This document shows, piece after piece, positions 24,050-35,345 of a stretch of DNA of 64,000 nucleotides. Position 1 is the stretch's first letter, and each line of letters begins with the position of its first letter. The DNA is from Octopus sinensis (taxonomy: Eukaryota). A program made the translations under genes and the position numbers. The notes under the pieces were generated by a model. The model was not told the origin of the DNA and did no database searches. It saw only the letters and a program-made list of their open reading frames with translations. The stretch covers positions 17,732,001 through 17,796,000 of the forward strand of contig NC_042999.1 in NCBI RefSeq assembly GCF_006345805.1, in the 5' to 3' direction.

Positions 24050-24225
24050 ATGTCGGCACAGTACCAAAGTATCCAATACTGCCGTCACGTTTTAGGACCA
24101 GTTAATGCAACAGCCCGCAGATTTTTCATATTCTTCTAAAGAATCTGTGCGACCTACAAAAAGTGGATGTAGGTGGCTTCAAAGCAAAACTGGATATCTT
24201 CCTGTCGAGATTCCCTGATGATTGT
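24050..24225 (+). mobile_element. CR1-like LINE ORF2 extreme C-terminus
   Basis: PQIFHILLKNLCDLQKVDVGGFKAKLDIFLSRFPD. Confidence 0.7.
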
Positions 24226-24230
24226 TTCGG

Positions 24231-24373
24231 CACAACTTTCTCTCACTCTTTCCTCCTTCATTTGTTGCTCACTTGCGACGGGACGGAGTCCCGTCCAGGT
24301 GGGGAACCTATACGCCAATGAAACCGGGAAACTGGCCCTGATGAGCAAGGCGTGGCTCGAGAAGGAACAAACA
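24231..24373 (+). mobile_element. SINE family 3, 3' half
   Basis: cacaactttctctcactct...ggaacctatacgcc..gaaaccgggaaa shared with 42305. Confidence 0.7.
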
Positions 24374-24683
24374 TGAAATCATAGTTCCTAAATGTAATGT
24401 GAAAAATGGATGGAGAATTGGCTGAATATAGGTCATAGCTCTTATTACGAAAATAAGAAGTGTGGGTTCGATTCCCACATGCATAGTAATGCCCATTCCT
24501 CCACCCGTTATTATGGTTTACATATCCTAACATAAAACTATTTTCTATGGTCAAGATAGGATAAAAGCTTATACTTCTATTTGCAATATGCGCGCGCGCG
24601 CACACACACACACCACACACATACATGCATGCGGCTGAAATATTTCTCTGTATTGCTAATATTTACTATGTACATTAAACAAT

Positions 24684-24995
24684 GTGGAGGCACAATGGCC
24701 TAGTGGTTAGGGCAGCGAACTCGCGGTCGGAGGATTGGGGTTTCGATTCCCAGACCGGACGATGTGTGTGTTTATTGAGCGAAAACACCTAAAAGCTACA
24801 CGAGGCTTCGGCAGGGGGTTGCGGCAAACCCTGTTGTACTCTTTCGCCCCAACTTTCTCTCAAACTTTCTTCCTGTTTCTTGAGTTACGCTGCGATGGAC
24901 TGGCGTCCCGTCCGGCTGGGGGAACACTGAAGCCACAGAAACCGGGGAAACCGGGCCCATGAGCCTGGTTAGGGTTGAAAAGGGCACATGTATAA
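24684..24995 (+). mobile_element. tRNA-derived SINE family 3
   Basis: Head gtggaggcacaatggcctagtggttaggg...ggtttcgattccc (A and B boxes). Confidence 0.85.
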
Positions 24996-25930
24996 AATAA
25001 ACATTAAACAATAGAAACATCTCGAACAAGTGAAATTCACAATAGGTCTTCATTCGGAACCGAAACAGTTTCCTTTAGGCATAGAAAACTTCTCTAACTT
25101 TAGATTTTTCAACTCCCTTAGAATGACTTCCAAATTTGTAAATTTATATTTTCATACGAAGATTTCTGAGAAATAACGAGTAGAGACCATTAATCATTCT
25201 GTTTTATTCAAAATATGTGTTCGTTTGTGTCATACAATATTCAAAATTTACTTCAAACGTTTCAAATTTGTTAAAAGCCTATATATATATATACGTAAAT
25301 GATAGAACAGATATCTCTCAGCTATGGCAAAATTTTCTTAACACGACATTCGTAGAGATTCAGTAAACATACGCGAAATCAGTTTGCTAGGGGCACAACA
25401 TGGCAACAAGCAAACATTTAATATTCAAGAATTAAATAAGTCACTATAAATGAACAGATACACAATAATTACTTTTATTAGTAGAGAAGGTAAACAAAAT
25501 ATTCTGACAGCTGGGCTTTCGACTCTCATTATTCTTCATTTTGAACAATGAGTTCATAAATGGAACAACATGTATTTCAATTAATTGGAAATACAAATAG
25601 AAAATGGTAGTAGCTTATTTGGAGACGCATGCGAAAATAGCACAATCAGAAAAGACTGTCGCTGAAAATGCAAAAATTGGTGAGTAAAGCGTTCAAGTTT
25701 TAAATTCTTACCAAATGGTTATACTGAAGGATACTGAATGAAGGCATCATGTCACTACTGTAGTTCCTTGAAACATGGCCTCAGAAATGGCGGGAATAAA
25801 TGCATATATATATATATAAGATAGCAGAAAAAATAAACGTGTGCGTGTGCGTTGTAGGTTTTTGTGTGTATCTATGCATATACCTATCTATCTATCTATA
25901 TGCAGTTATATATATCCGCTATTTATTAAT

Positions 25931-26197
25931 ACAGTAATCCTTCGACTACCACGGGGTTATATTCGAAAAAAACTCGTGAAAGTTGGAAGTACCCAACGAA
26001 GAAACAGTACAGTACTGTATATATTTATATTATTTTTATAATTTGTATATATATATTATATTATAAATGCGAAGCAATACCTCAGGGGAATCGACGTAAG
26101 CTTAAATGATAAAAGCGCGATGGGTGAATCGCGATAAGTGAAACTTGGTAGGTGAAACGCAATAGGTGAACCGCGATGTGGCGAGAGATTACAGCAT
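25931..26197. mobile_element. Possible Tigger/pogo-like MITE
   Basis: Degenerate ends cagtaatccttcg / cgagagattacag; internal aggtgaa-cgc(g/a)at repeats. Confidence 0.4.
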
Positions 26198-26479
26198 TAC
26201 GATGATTACTCAATTCCGAGCATCCAGAAGCAGCTTTCGAGTTAAAAACAATATGAGTTCTCACCTTAGTCCTCTGTAATTTTTGTGATCTACACAAAAT
26301 TATGACTTATATCTATATATACCTGTATGCTTGCACATATGTGGATATATTTATTTATATCTCCATCTATCTGTCGATCTCACTCTCTATATATACGTGT
26401 GTATGTATTTATGTATATTTGTATATTTGCTACTTCATTAATATCTTTCGATATAATTCGATATAATGTATATGTATAT

Positions 26480-26720
26480 ATGTATATAACCAAAAACACC
26501 AGAATATACGAAAATATATGGAACATACACAAAATAGCACAACTAGGCACCGCAATATCCTACGTAAAGCACTTTCAATACAGTGAAAATTACAGCACCA
26601 ACACAAACCACAGCACATACTGAAGGCACACAGATTTGCGCTTCGTAGTGCAGTAAAAGTACGTCAAAAATATAAAACTACTGAATAATAATATTAATAA
26701 TAATAGTAATATTTATAGGA
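26480..26720 (+). mobile_element. R4/Dong-like LINE 3' end with (TAA)n tail
   Basis: NIHKIAQLGTA-ILRKALSIQ* (conserved C-terminal GTAxILRK motif, with a frameshift) followed by a UTR and aataat repeats. Confidence 0.75.
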
Positions 26721-26890
26721 TTGTGGTTAGTCCTCCAGGAAATATAGAAGCAAAAAAAAAATGAAGAGTGCCATTGTTATCAAGTGAACGATATTTCAAC
26801 ATCTTGTGTTTTCCACAGGTTCAAAAAAATATTACCAAAATGAAATAAATTAACAAGTTTATTTTTTGAGTTCTATATATTTGTAGGTAT

Positions 26891-27140
26891 GGAGGGGCGT
26901 GGCTTAGTGGTTAAGGTGTCAGTATCATGATCCTAAGATTGTGGTTTCGGTTCTTGGACCGAGTGACGCGTTGTGTTCTTGAGCAAAACACTTCATTTCA
27001 CGTTGCTCCAGTCCACTCAGCTGGCAAAAATGTGTAACGCTGCAATGGACTGGCGTCCAGTCCTGCTGGGGAACACATACGCCATAGAAACCGGGAAACC
27101 GAGCCCATGATCCTGGCTAGGTTTTAAAAGGGCGCATTTA
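26891..27140 (+). mobile_element. tRNA-derived SINE with CORE-like body and family-3b tail
   Basis: A box gtggcttagtgg; gttgtgttcttgagcaaaacacttc...gctccagtccactcagctg; tail shared with 24684. Confidence 0.75.
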
Positions 27141-27670
27141 TTTTATGTTATATTTTAAGGTATAAGTTGTGTAGAAGATTCTTAGTGCTGTATATTAAGA
27201 TATTTGGATATATTAAAGTCAGAAATTTAATTCTACATCGTTACGCATTTATGCATCGTTATTTTGGAACGTTCTAGTAGAAACCTCAATGTCATTTACT
27301 GCGTGTATAAGTATGCAATTGAATATAGGAAAACTCTTCTCTGAAGGAATTCTAAACGTATGTGAATTTTCATTGCGATAATTATATTTTATATCGCTAA
27401 TAAAATGGAAATTAATTGCCACTCTTTTTGCAGAATGCTAATTTGATGTTTTGGGAATTAAAGAGGAAATATTTAGAATTTTTAAACTAATGACGAAAAT
27501 GATACATTACAACATTATGAACGACTTGCTTACTGTGCCTAACATCATTACATATGTTGTAATTGTAGTTCTAGAAAATATTCTAGGGGTATATACAGCC
27601 CCCGTCTCTCTCTCTTTCTTCCTGTCATTTTTCTATCCTTCTCAATTTCTCTATCCCCCTCTCGCAGTAC

Positions 27671-27701
<31 letters not shown>

Positions 27702-27774
27702 ATATATATATAGCAATAATAATTCTCTAAAAGAGATATAGACAGTAAATCTATATATATATATATATATGAGA

Positions 27775-28159
27775 TGGAAGCACTCCGTCGGTTACGACGA
27801 CGAGGGTTCCGGTTGATCCTATCAACGGAACAGCCTGCTCGTGAAATTAACGTGTAAGTGGCTGAGCACTCCACAGACACGTGTACCCATAACGTAGTTC
27901 TCGGGGATATTCAGCGTGACACAGAGAGGGACAAGGCCGGCCCTTTGAAATACAGGTACAACAGAAACAGGAAGTAAGAGCGAGAGAAAGTTGTGGTGAA
28001 AGAGTACAGCAGGGATCACCACCATCCCCTGCCGGAGCCTCGTGGAGCTTTTAGGTGTTTTCGCTCAATAAACACTCACAACGCCCGGTCTGGGAATCGA
28101 AACCGCGGTCCTATGACCGCGAGTCGGCTGCCCTAACCACTGGGCCATTGCGCCTCCAC
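27775..28159 (-). mobile_element. SINE family 3a, young full-length copy
   Basis: Near-identical to 48689-49073 and 57290-57672. Confidence 0.92.
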
Positions 28160-28224
28160 ACACACACACACACACACACTCACACACATACATATATATA
28201 TACAGAAAGAGAGAGAGAGAGAGG

Positions 28225-29120
28225 TATCAGTTTATTAAGAATGAAACGTCTGATTTTGAACTGACAGTTTATTTTAATTTTACTCAACAAAAAGCAATGC
28301 AGTTAATCAAAGTATGCACCTAAATTATCAGCACAATTTTGCTATTTTATCAGTTGCTTGTTTATGCTGGCAACGAAGAATTTTGGAGAGCAAGTGGTGA
28401 TTAAATCAGGAAAGGCATCTTCAGCTTTTTTGCTTGCAAAATGTTGGAGAACGTGATAGTCAGTTGGTGCAAGGTCTGGGGAATATGGTAGATGACAGAG
28501 TACTTCCAATTTCAGTTTCTGTAACTTGAGTAGGGTTTTTTGTGCAACACGTGGTCGGGCTGTGTCTTGCAAAAGAATTGTCCTGTCACTATTAACCAAT
28601 CTCAAGTTAATTGGAAGTTCACTCATCATTTTAATCCAATTGGTTGATGTATATATCTGCTGTAATTGCCTTACCAGGTTTCATGCAGCTGTGGTGAATA
28701 ACACCAGCACTGGACCACCAAACAGACAACATTACCATTTTTTGTGAATATTCTATTTTGGATTGTATTATGGCACGTCGTCTCTATCCAATCAGCGTGC
28801 AGAACGTTTGCTATTGTTGGAATAATCCTTTTTCCCTCACAACAAACAATACTATGCAAATATGGTTCGCTTTTATGCCGTGACAGCAAACACCAGCAAG
28901 TTTCAAGATGGCGTATCATTTTATGCTCGTTCAGTTCGTGTGATACCCACTTGTCCAGTATCTTTACCTTACCGATTTGTTCCAGATGGTCCAATACAGT
29001 GGGAATCGAAACACCAAAGACCATGCTGCTAACTCACGCGTAGTTTGAGCTTATCCGCTTCCACTACGGTTCCAAGGTCACCATTGTCTACCTTCGTCTC
29101 AGGTCTGCCACGGGGGATAT
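28225..29120 (-). pseudogene. Mariner transposase (5'-truncated, decayed)
   Basis: GRP..VDN, KWVSHEL, LLSRH..EPYLHSIV, LLQDTARP, HLPYSPDLAPTDYH. Confidence 0.9.
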
Positions 29121-29941
29121 ATATTTCTAAATATGAAAGATATATAGAACTAAATCGTGATACGATTAGATAGAGAAACTAAGGATGAGTATACGAAGCT
29201 AAAAGCCAGATAGTTATCAGAGCTTTACTCTAACGAGAAGACCATGCGCACCAATGCATTCATCCTAGCAAGACTGATACTAGCTGTAGGGAAACATTTC
29301 GCTAGTTAATAAAAGTAATCAGCAGCAGAGTCTTTCAAAACTTCAACTGTTTCACAGCAACTGCATATTTCCACAAGCAGGGTGATACTGTCAATAATTA
29401 TTTCAGTGGAAAAGGGGAATGCGAAACATTTATATCCGGAAATTAATGCAAATACCATTTCAATGTCGCATGCCTTCACAAACAACATCATGTAAACACT
29501 GAAAATGAACATTAATTACAAGCAAAAACTGATCTGTATGTGACCATTCACTTCATAATAATCTCTCGTCTAACACCAAAAGTAATGGACTAGAATTTTT
29601 CTACAGAAATTATGAGGCGATATACTGTCTTTACTAGAATATGTAAGAATATGTTTCCTGTAAAAGTGGGGAAGTTTCTGATATTAACACTAAAAAGTAA
29701 GCTTTTTTCGATTAGTGAGGGTAACAACACATCACCTTACATAGGTTCACTACCTAACTCAGATACCAGGAAACCCAAAAATGTCAGAAATTCAAAAGAT
29801 AGTATTCATGGGAACTGCTCATATCCTACGCAAAATACTTTCTGTGTAATCTCAGGGTTTAAAACAAACATAATTTTCGTTTTTTTAGACATTCACGAGT
29901 ACAACACTAAAAAAAACAACAAATATATGGCATACTAGGCA

Positions 29942-30046
29942 TAAAAACAACATGAACTTCCAACCTGTTGTCCCTTGAAGTCTCTGGGTGAGACTTGGAG
30001 CCAACTTGTACAAATATAAAGCTCAAGTCAAACATATAATAATATC

Positions 30047-30087
<41 letters not shown>

Positions 30088-30095
30088 TAATAATA
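29942..30095 (+). mobile_element. Probable LINE 3' UTR ending in (TAA)n (Dong-like)
   Basis: Short GC-richer unit ending aagtcaaacat followed by a long (aat)n. Confidence 0.45.
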
Positions 30096-30280
30096 AAATC
30101 GAAAACTACCTTAAGAATGAGAACCAATTTCGAAATTTCCCCAAACACATGATGTAGGCTGGAGTGTATAACAGTCGAAACGTTGTGTTAACTACAAACA
30201 AATGAGAACAAATATCCGTCAAATGTGAACAAATGTCAATAATGTACGTAATTCCTCATCTCTTAAATATAGAACTGTTA
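30096..30280 (+). mobile_element. 3' part of the tRNA-HHR element
   Basis: Homologous to 33400-33559 (opposite strand). Confidence 0.75.
30144..30189 (+). ncRNA. Minimal type I HHR, decayed core
   Basis: Stem I aacac/gtgtt; core atgatgt+a; stem II ggctg/cagtc; GAAA; ACGT stem III; GUU site. Confidence 0.62.
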
Positions 30281-30369
30281 AATGTGTTTGTATAACATAG
30301 ATGAATTAAGAAACAAACGGTATGGTTGTATTGTTTTACATCATTATATTACCTCCGGAATAATATCAA

Positions 30370-30440
30370 TGTTTTCCTCGAAACATATGTCGGACGTACG
30401 AAGATTTGAATAACACCTGCGTTTGACTCCATTTCTTAAT
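30370..30440 (+). mobile_element. Penelope-terminus remnant with 3' half of an HHR (GAAACATATGTC)
   Basis: Shares gaaacatatgt and acctgcgt(t)tgactccattt with the terminus at 12005-12060 (minus strand). Confidence 0.55.
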
Positions 30441-30498
30441 TTATATATATCTCTATCTATCTAGCCATCTCCTTTTCTATCTCTTTCTCTCTCTCTCT

Positions 30499-30549
<51 letters not shown>

Positions 30550-30551
<2 letters not shown>

Positions 30552-31075
30552 TACGAGCAAAACTGCCCTCGTCCAATGGACGGTGCTGAATGATATCTGC
30601 TGAATGAAAAGCAATCAATGTTTTCTGTTCATTAAAAAATATTTAAGCATGCCTTTATTTCAATAAAATTTTTGGTTTTGTTAAAAAAGTCAAAGAAAAA
30701 AAGGAAACTTCTTGAGAAACCGAATAGTCTTTCCTTCCTTCATGCCAAGTTTGAAGACAATATCTCTTTTGCATCTTATTTTTTTGGTCTCTTAAATATA
30801 CTGCATTTTGTAGCATTTTTTATCGTGTACGCGTAGTATCTATCGCAACAGATGATGTACTTTCGCGTACAAATGCACGTTCCCATGGCTTTATTGATCG
30901 CATTCTCACCTGGAATCGATTTTTGTAATTTTCTCAAGGCCTATACACGCCCTGATATCGTCGGTAACTTCATATCAAATTTCAGCGCAATCGGATGGAG
31001 GATGCCCGAGAAGACACACACGCAGACAGACAGAACGGATTTTATATAATATTTATTTATATATATATATAGATG
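30550..31075 (+). mobile_element. Possible non-autonomous Helitron/Helentron-type element
   Basis: 3' end caaatttcagcgcaatcgg...acagacaga...tttatataat...tatagat resembles DINE/Lep1-type ends. Confidence 0.45.
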
Positions 31076-33559
31076 TGTGAAGAATTTCGATAATATCCTA
31101 ATAAACTTTCTCAAAATTAGAACATTGTTAAACCTCAGCTGTATTTCGATTTAGTAGATCCGGTGAGAAATAATTTAATTTAATATGATATAGGCATGAG
31201 CCATTCTATTCATATTATTTGGGTAGACGTTAACGTTCTCAACATTTTTCGCCTCCTCTCGCATTCACTAATTCCAATACAAAGCAATCAAACGATTTCA
31301 GTACAACGTAGACTTCGTCGATAAATTATATGGCTTTGATCTCTTTCCTAAGGCTTTTGATTGTAAGCTAAATTTTCAAAATTGAAAGAACACAAGATAA
31401 AGCCATTAACGCATTTTTATTTGGTCTTTTAGTTGTACATTGAGTAATTAATTTCGTCTGCTTTAACTGCAGGCCGTGAATTATGCAAGATCTACTAAAT
31501 TTTCACCTAACTTTGTTTGCAGCCAATGAATTAAATTTGCTAGTAACATATCTCATAGTTTACCATTTACTAAATATATGAAACCACTTGAATATACCAG
31601 CACCCACTTAATACTGGCAGTATTAGAGGTTACTGATTCGTTCATGTGTAAGGTGAGAAAAATCAAATAGGGTGCTTGTATTGTCTGTACACTCCATTCT
31701 AATACATACCCATAGTGTAATTTCAACAGAAACTGAAGATTACAAAAAGCATTATTATTTTACCCCACAATATTTCTTTATGATATTATTATATATAGAA
31801 TAATAACTCTTATAATATTTTTATGATTACTGCATCACTCCATCAAAAATATCGTGTCTCCTGACAAACAGCAGACTACACAATTTCAACCTTATTCTGA
31901 ATCGGAGGTGTGAAACCAGAGTTATAAATTATCTAGACGAATATTATATTGTTCGCGTCAGGTCATTCGGAACGTGTGAAATCTATAATCATGTCTAGAG
32001 AATCAGTGACGTGATAACTGAAGCGTTTACATATTTTAATGCATTGAAAATAATTAAATTTATTCAATGTTACGTAGAGTCGAACGTGAACAATGTTGCA
32101 GCTTGAACATTAATAACCTTGGCCTTTTGCTTTAATTTCACATATTAACCACTTTCTAGATTTTAGAGCATTCATTAATGACAGAAAGTGTATTACATAT
32201 TCTAAAGGCTGTAAATTCCAATAGTGTGTACTTTAATGGAAACGGTGACTGCTCGTGTCTTGAATATTCCATTTTTGTATCGGTTTTCTTCATTAGCATT
32301 GCCAGACCATTTATCATCGTGGCCTGGAAAGTTACAGATGAAGTAAAACTGATATAAGACAAATATTAAGCAGCAACAGCGTACATCTTTTGATGTGTTT
32401 TTCTTCAGAGTATTGATAAACATTAAGCCTGTCCGCTTAATTATTTACTGTACTTAATGTCATAATAAATACAGCAATTATCTTTCTTTAAAACTCATGT
32501 CATCGGAAATGCAAAAGTGTTATAGACATAAATTATTAATGATATAAAAAAACAAAAAAACAATTGATTTTTAACGCAGGCCGAAAGCCACATATTTTAG
32601 GGGAGGAAAATTAATTGAATTGATCTACGAGTTCACTTGCACTTTTTTTGTACTCAACCCTGACAGATGAAAGGCAAAAATCAATGTGAATAGGATTAAA
32701 ATTTAAAAGCTACTAACAAAAATATAATATAATTTTCTATGTTACTCTGCCATTTCTACCCCATGCAATTTTAATGATAATAAATTCCACATGATGTATA
32801 AATAACGGGGAATAATTAAATGGGTGAAAGTGTAGCGGGATGGTTAAATAAATTAGGGTTCACTCTAAATTATGACTTCTATACAAGCGTGAGAGAGAAA
32901 GAATTTGTAATTTACTTCAAACGATTTATTTAATATTTAATTTTTAAGTGGAGGGTATAAATCAAATAAGGCCCACTTCTAGAAAGTGGTAGAAAAATTC
33001 CTTTCACAAGTTTGATACTTGAGATCCTTTTCGGTAGTGATGATTGTCAAATGTAAAAGAATGGTAAATGGGTTTTCGTTTAGGTGCAAGATGAGAATGT
33101 TTCGAGTGTGACGGGATGAGAAGATTACATTGATGCACTATTTGACTAATCCTATCCTATATTTCATAAACGCCAGAGGGTTGGAAGGTGATATTAATAT
33201 CATGATAACTTGATAATCACTGTAACATAGAGCAATAGGAACAAAAGCAAAATAATTATAATGTTAAATAAAGTTGGATACTTCTTCTGCGCATGTTCAC
33301 GTGAATGGTTGAAATCTCAGTACAACTAACTGAAAATTTTACTAATCATAATATATTTTACCAGCCACATGAGTGGGCGTTGAAACAATTAACCATTATG
33401 TCAGTCTCTATTTATATTATTTACATTTGACGGATAATTTTCCTCATCTTGTTTCTTGTTAACACAACCTTTTGGCTGATATACGCTCCAGGTGTCTTGG
33501 GGAACTTTCTAACCAGGGTTCACATCCCTAAGGTATTTTTCGATGTTATTCTTCTTATT

Positions 33560-33778
33560 GACACTGTGATAAACGATCCCTATTGATCGTTTTTTTTTCT
33601 TTTTCCCTATTTTTCCTTTTTTCTTCTTTTTTTCTTTTTCTTTCCTTTTGTTTCTTTTCCTTTTACGATCTCTTTTGATCGAAAACCTACCCCCCTTTTT
33701 TTTTCTCCAAAAAAAGAAAAGCTCTACTTTGTAATCTGTCCCGTCTGTGTGCAGCCATGTGTGGCTTATAATGAAACA
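33560..33778 (+). mobile_element. Retroposon 3' fragment inserted with a 13 bp TSD
   Basis: tattcttcttatt at 33547-33559 and 33779-33791; second copy at 42590-42795. Confidence 0.8.
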
Positions 33779-33799
33779 TATTCTTCTTATTGTTATTCA

Positions 33800-33870
33800 G
33801 GTCACTGCCTGGAATCGAACTCGGAATCTTGGCCCTAGTAGCCCGCGCTCTTAACCACTACGCGATATGC
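33800..33870 (-). ncRNA. tRNA-like Pol III module (Ser-like), not a functional tRNA
   Basis: A-box, ctactag anticodon-like loop and TTCGATT T-loop; stems imperfect. Confidence 0.5.
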
Positions 33871-34407
33871 TGTGGGCAATTAGGGAGTGAATTTTAGGGC
33901 TTGTAAATCTAATATTTTCCTATCCTTCCTTAATATGCTACTCACATCTTCACTAGTTCTGCTTAGAGCGTATGAATAACACGCACCAAGTATGAATTCA
34001 TGACATCTGTATACCGCAAGCCGACCTTTACTGGACGATACCTCAAATTCAACTCCCACCATCCATACCGCGTAAAGAAAGGGATTGCTTAGTGCCTAAA
34101 AGATCGAGCAAAGAATATAAGCAGCGATCGGGTATTAATGATAAATATATTATCTCTGCCTCGGATCCATTTACTATACAGATTACCTGTTTCCAATAAA
34201 TACTTGAAATAACGGTTAGGTATATATATTTGTTTATCGTCCTGCTCGAATTATTGAAACAATAATTTCTTATCGATTATTCGTGTCCATGATATAAGTA
34301 TCATTTTTACCATTGATAACTGAAAATATTAGATTCGAAATTGTGTAGTATATATCCCTAACAATTTCCTTCAATATTGTCGGTGTATATTACACTGTCT
34401 ACTTCAT

Positions 34408-34630
34408 TTACTCTTTCTTTTACTTGTTTCAGTCATTTGACTGTGGCCTTGCTGTAGCACCGCCTCTATTCGAGCAAATCTATCCCAGGGTTTATTCTTT
34501 ATAAGCTTAGTGCTAATTATATCGGTCTCTTTTGCGGAACGGCTAAGTTACAGGGACGTAAACACACAAGCATTGGTCGTCAAGCGATGTTGGATGGGGG
34601 GGGGGTACAAACAGACACACAAACATATAT

Positions 34631-34701
<71 letters not shown>

Positions 34702-34866
34702 TACGACGGGTTTCTTTCAGTTTCTGTCTACCAAATCCACTCACAAGGCTTTGGTCGGCCCGAGGCTATAGTAGAAGACACTTCTCCAAGGTGGCATGCA
34801 GTGGGATTGAACCTGGAACCGTGTGGTTCGTAAGCATGTTACTTAGTACACAGCCACTCCTACGCC
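34408..34866 (-). mobile_element. SINE family 1
   Basis: Full-length match. Confidence 0.88.
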
Positions 34867-35129
34867 TATATTTGTTCTTAAATAAATTTTCTTCTTCTAA
34901 TGAGTTGTTTATATTCTGTGCTGATTTATCCCCTCGGCATAAAGGAAATTTAGCTAAATGATACGATATTTAATGGAATCTTTAATTAATGCCGCAGAGG
35001 TGTGATGCCTTGGTTTCTTTTTCTTGTTTAGATACTTTCGTAAAAGCTTAGTTACTAAACACAAGCATATAAGTTTGTAAAGTGGACAGTTTTATGGCGG
35101 TTAAGTCTAAATGTTCGAGTAAAAACTAA

Positions 35130-35345
35130 ACTATAATAGAAGAATTACGGAGATGTTCTTGCATAGCAAGTGACCTGATCTGAGATCGTGTGCTGAAACA
35201 AAAACAATTGCAGCGTGGAAGGTGTTTATAAGCCATTTAAAAACACAAAAACTGTTAGATTCACTTGAATATTTAAATTTAATTTGCCAAAATATTTTTG
35301 TTGCTATGAGACATTGACAAACTTCCGTGCTTTATAATAGAAGAA
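35130..35345 (+). repeat. Unclassified dispersed repeat fragment (possibly Helitron-type end)
   Basis: Compositionally distinct unit ending tttataatagaaga; no second copy seen in the window. Confidence 0.25.

Larger units (their letters stand above)
33400..33875 (-). mobile_element. Element with a tRNA-like module, (AAT)-like spacer and HHR terminus, interrupted by an insertion
   Basis: 33870-33800 A/B boxes (cgcgtagtggttaag; gagttcgattcc); 33559-33400 homologous to 30096-30280; HHR core deleted between ctg repeats. Confidence 0.72.

Noticed and set aside
24336-24365. CTGATGAGC...GCTCGAGAA as an HHR
   Set aside because: No GAAA or stem III/I; part of a SINE tail
24410-24485. tRNA-like fold with a perfect T-arm (gtggg-ttcgatt-cccac)
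   Set aside because: No acceptor stem or D-arm; at most a decayed SINE head
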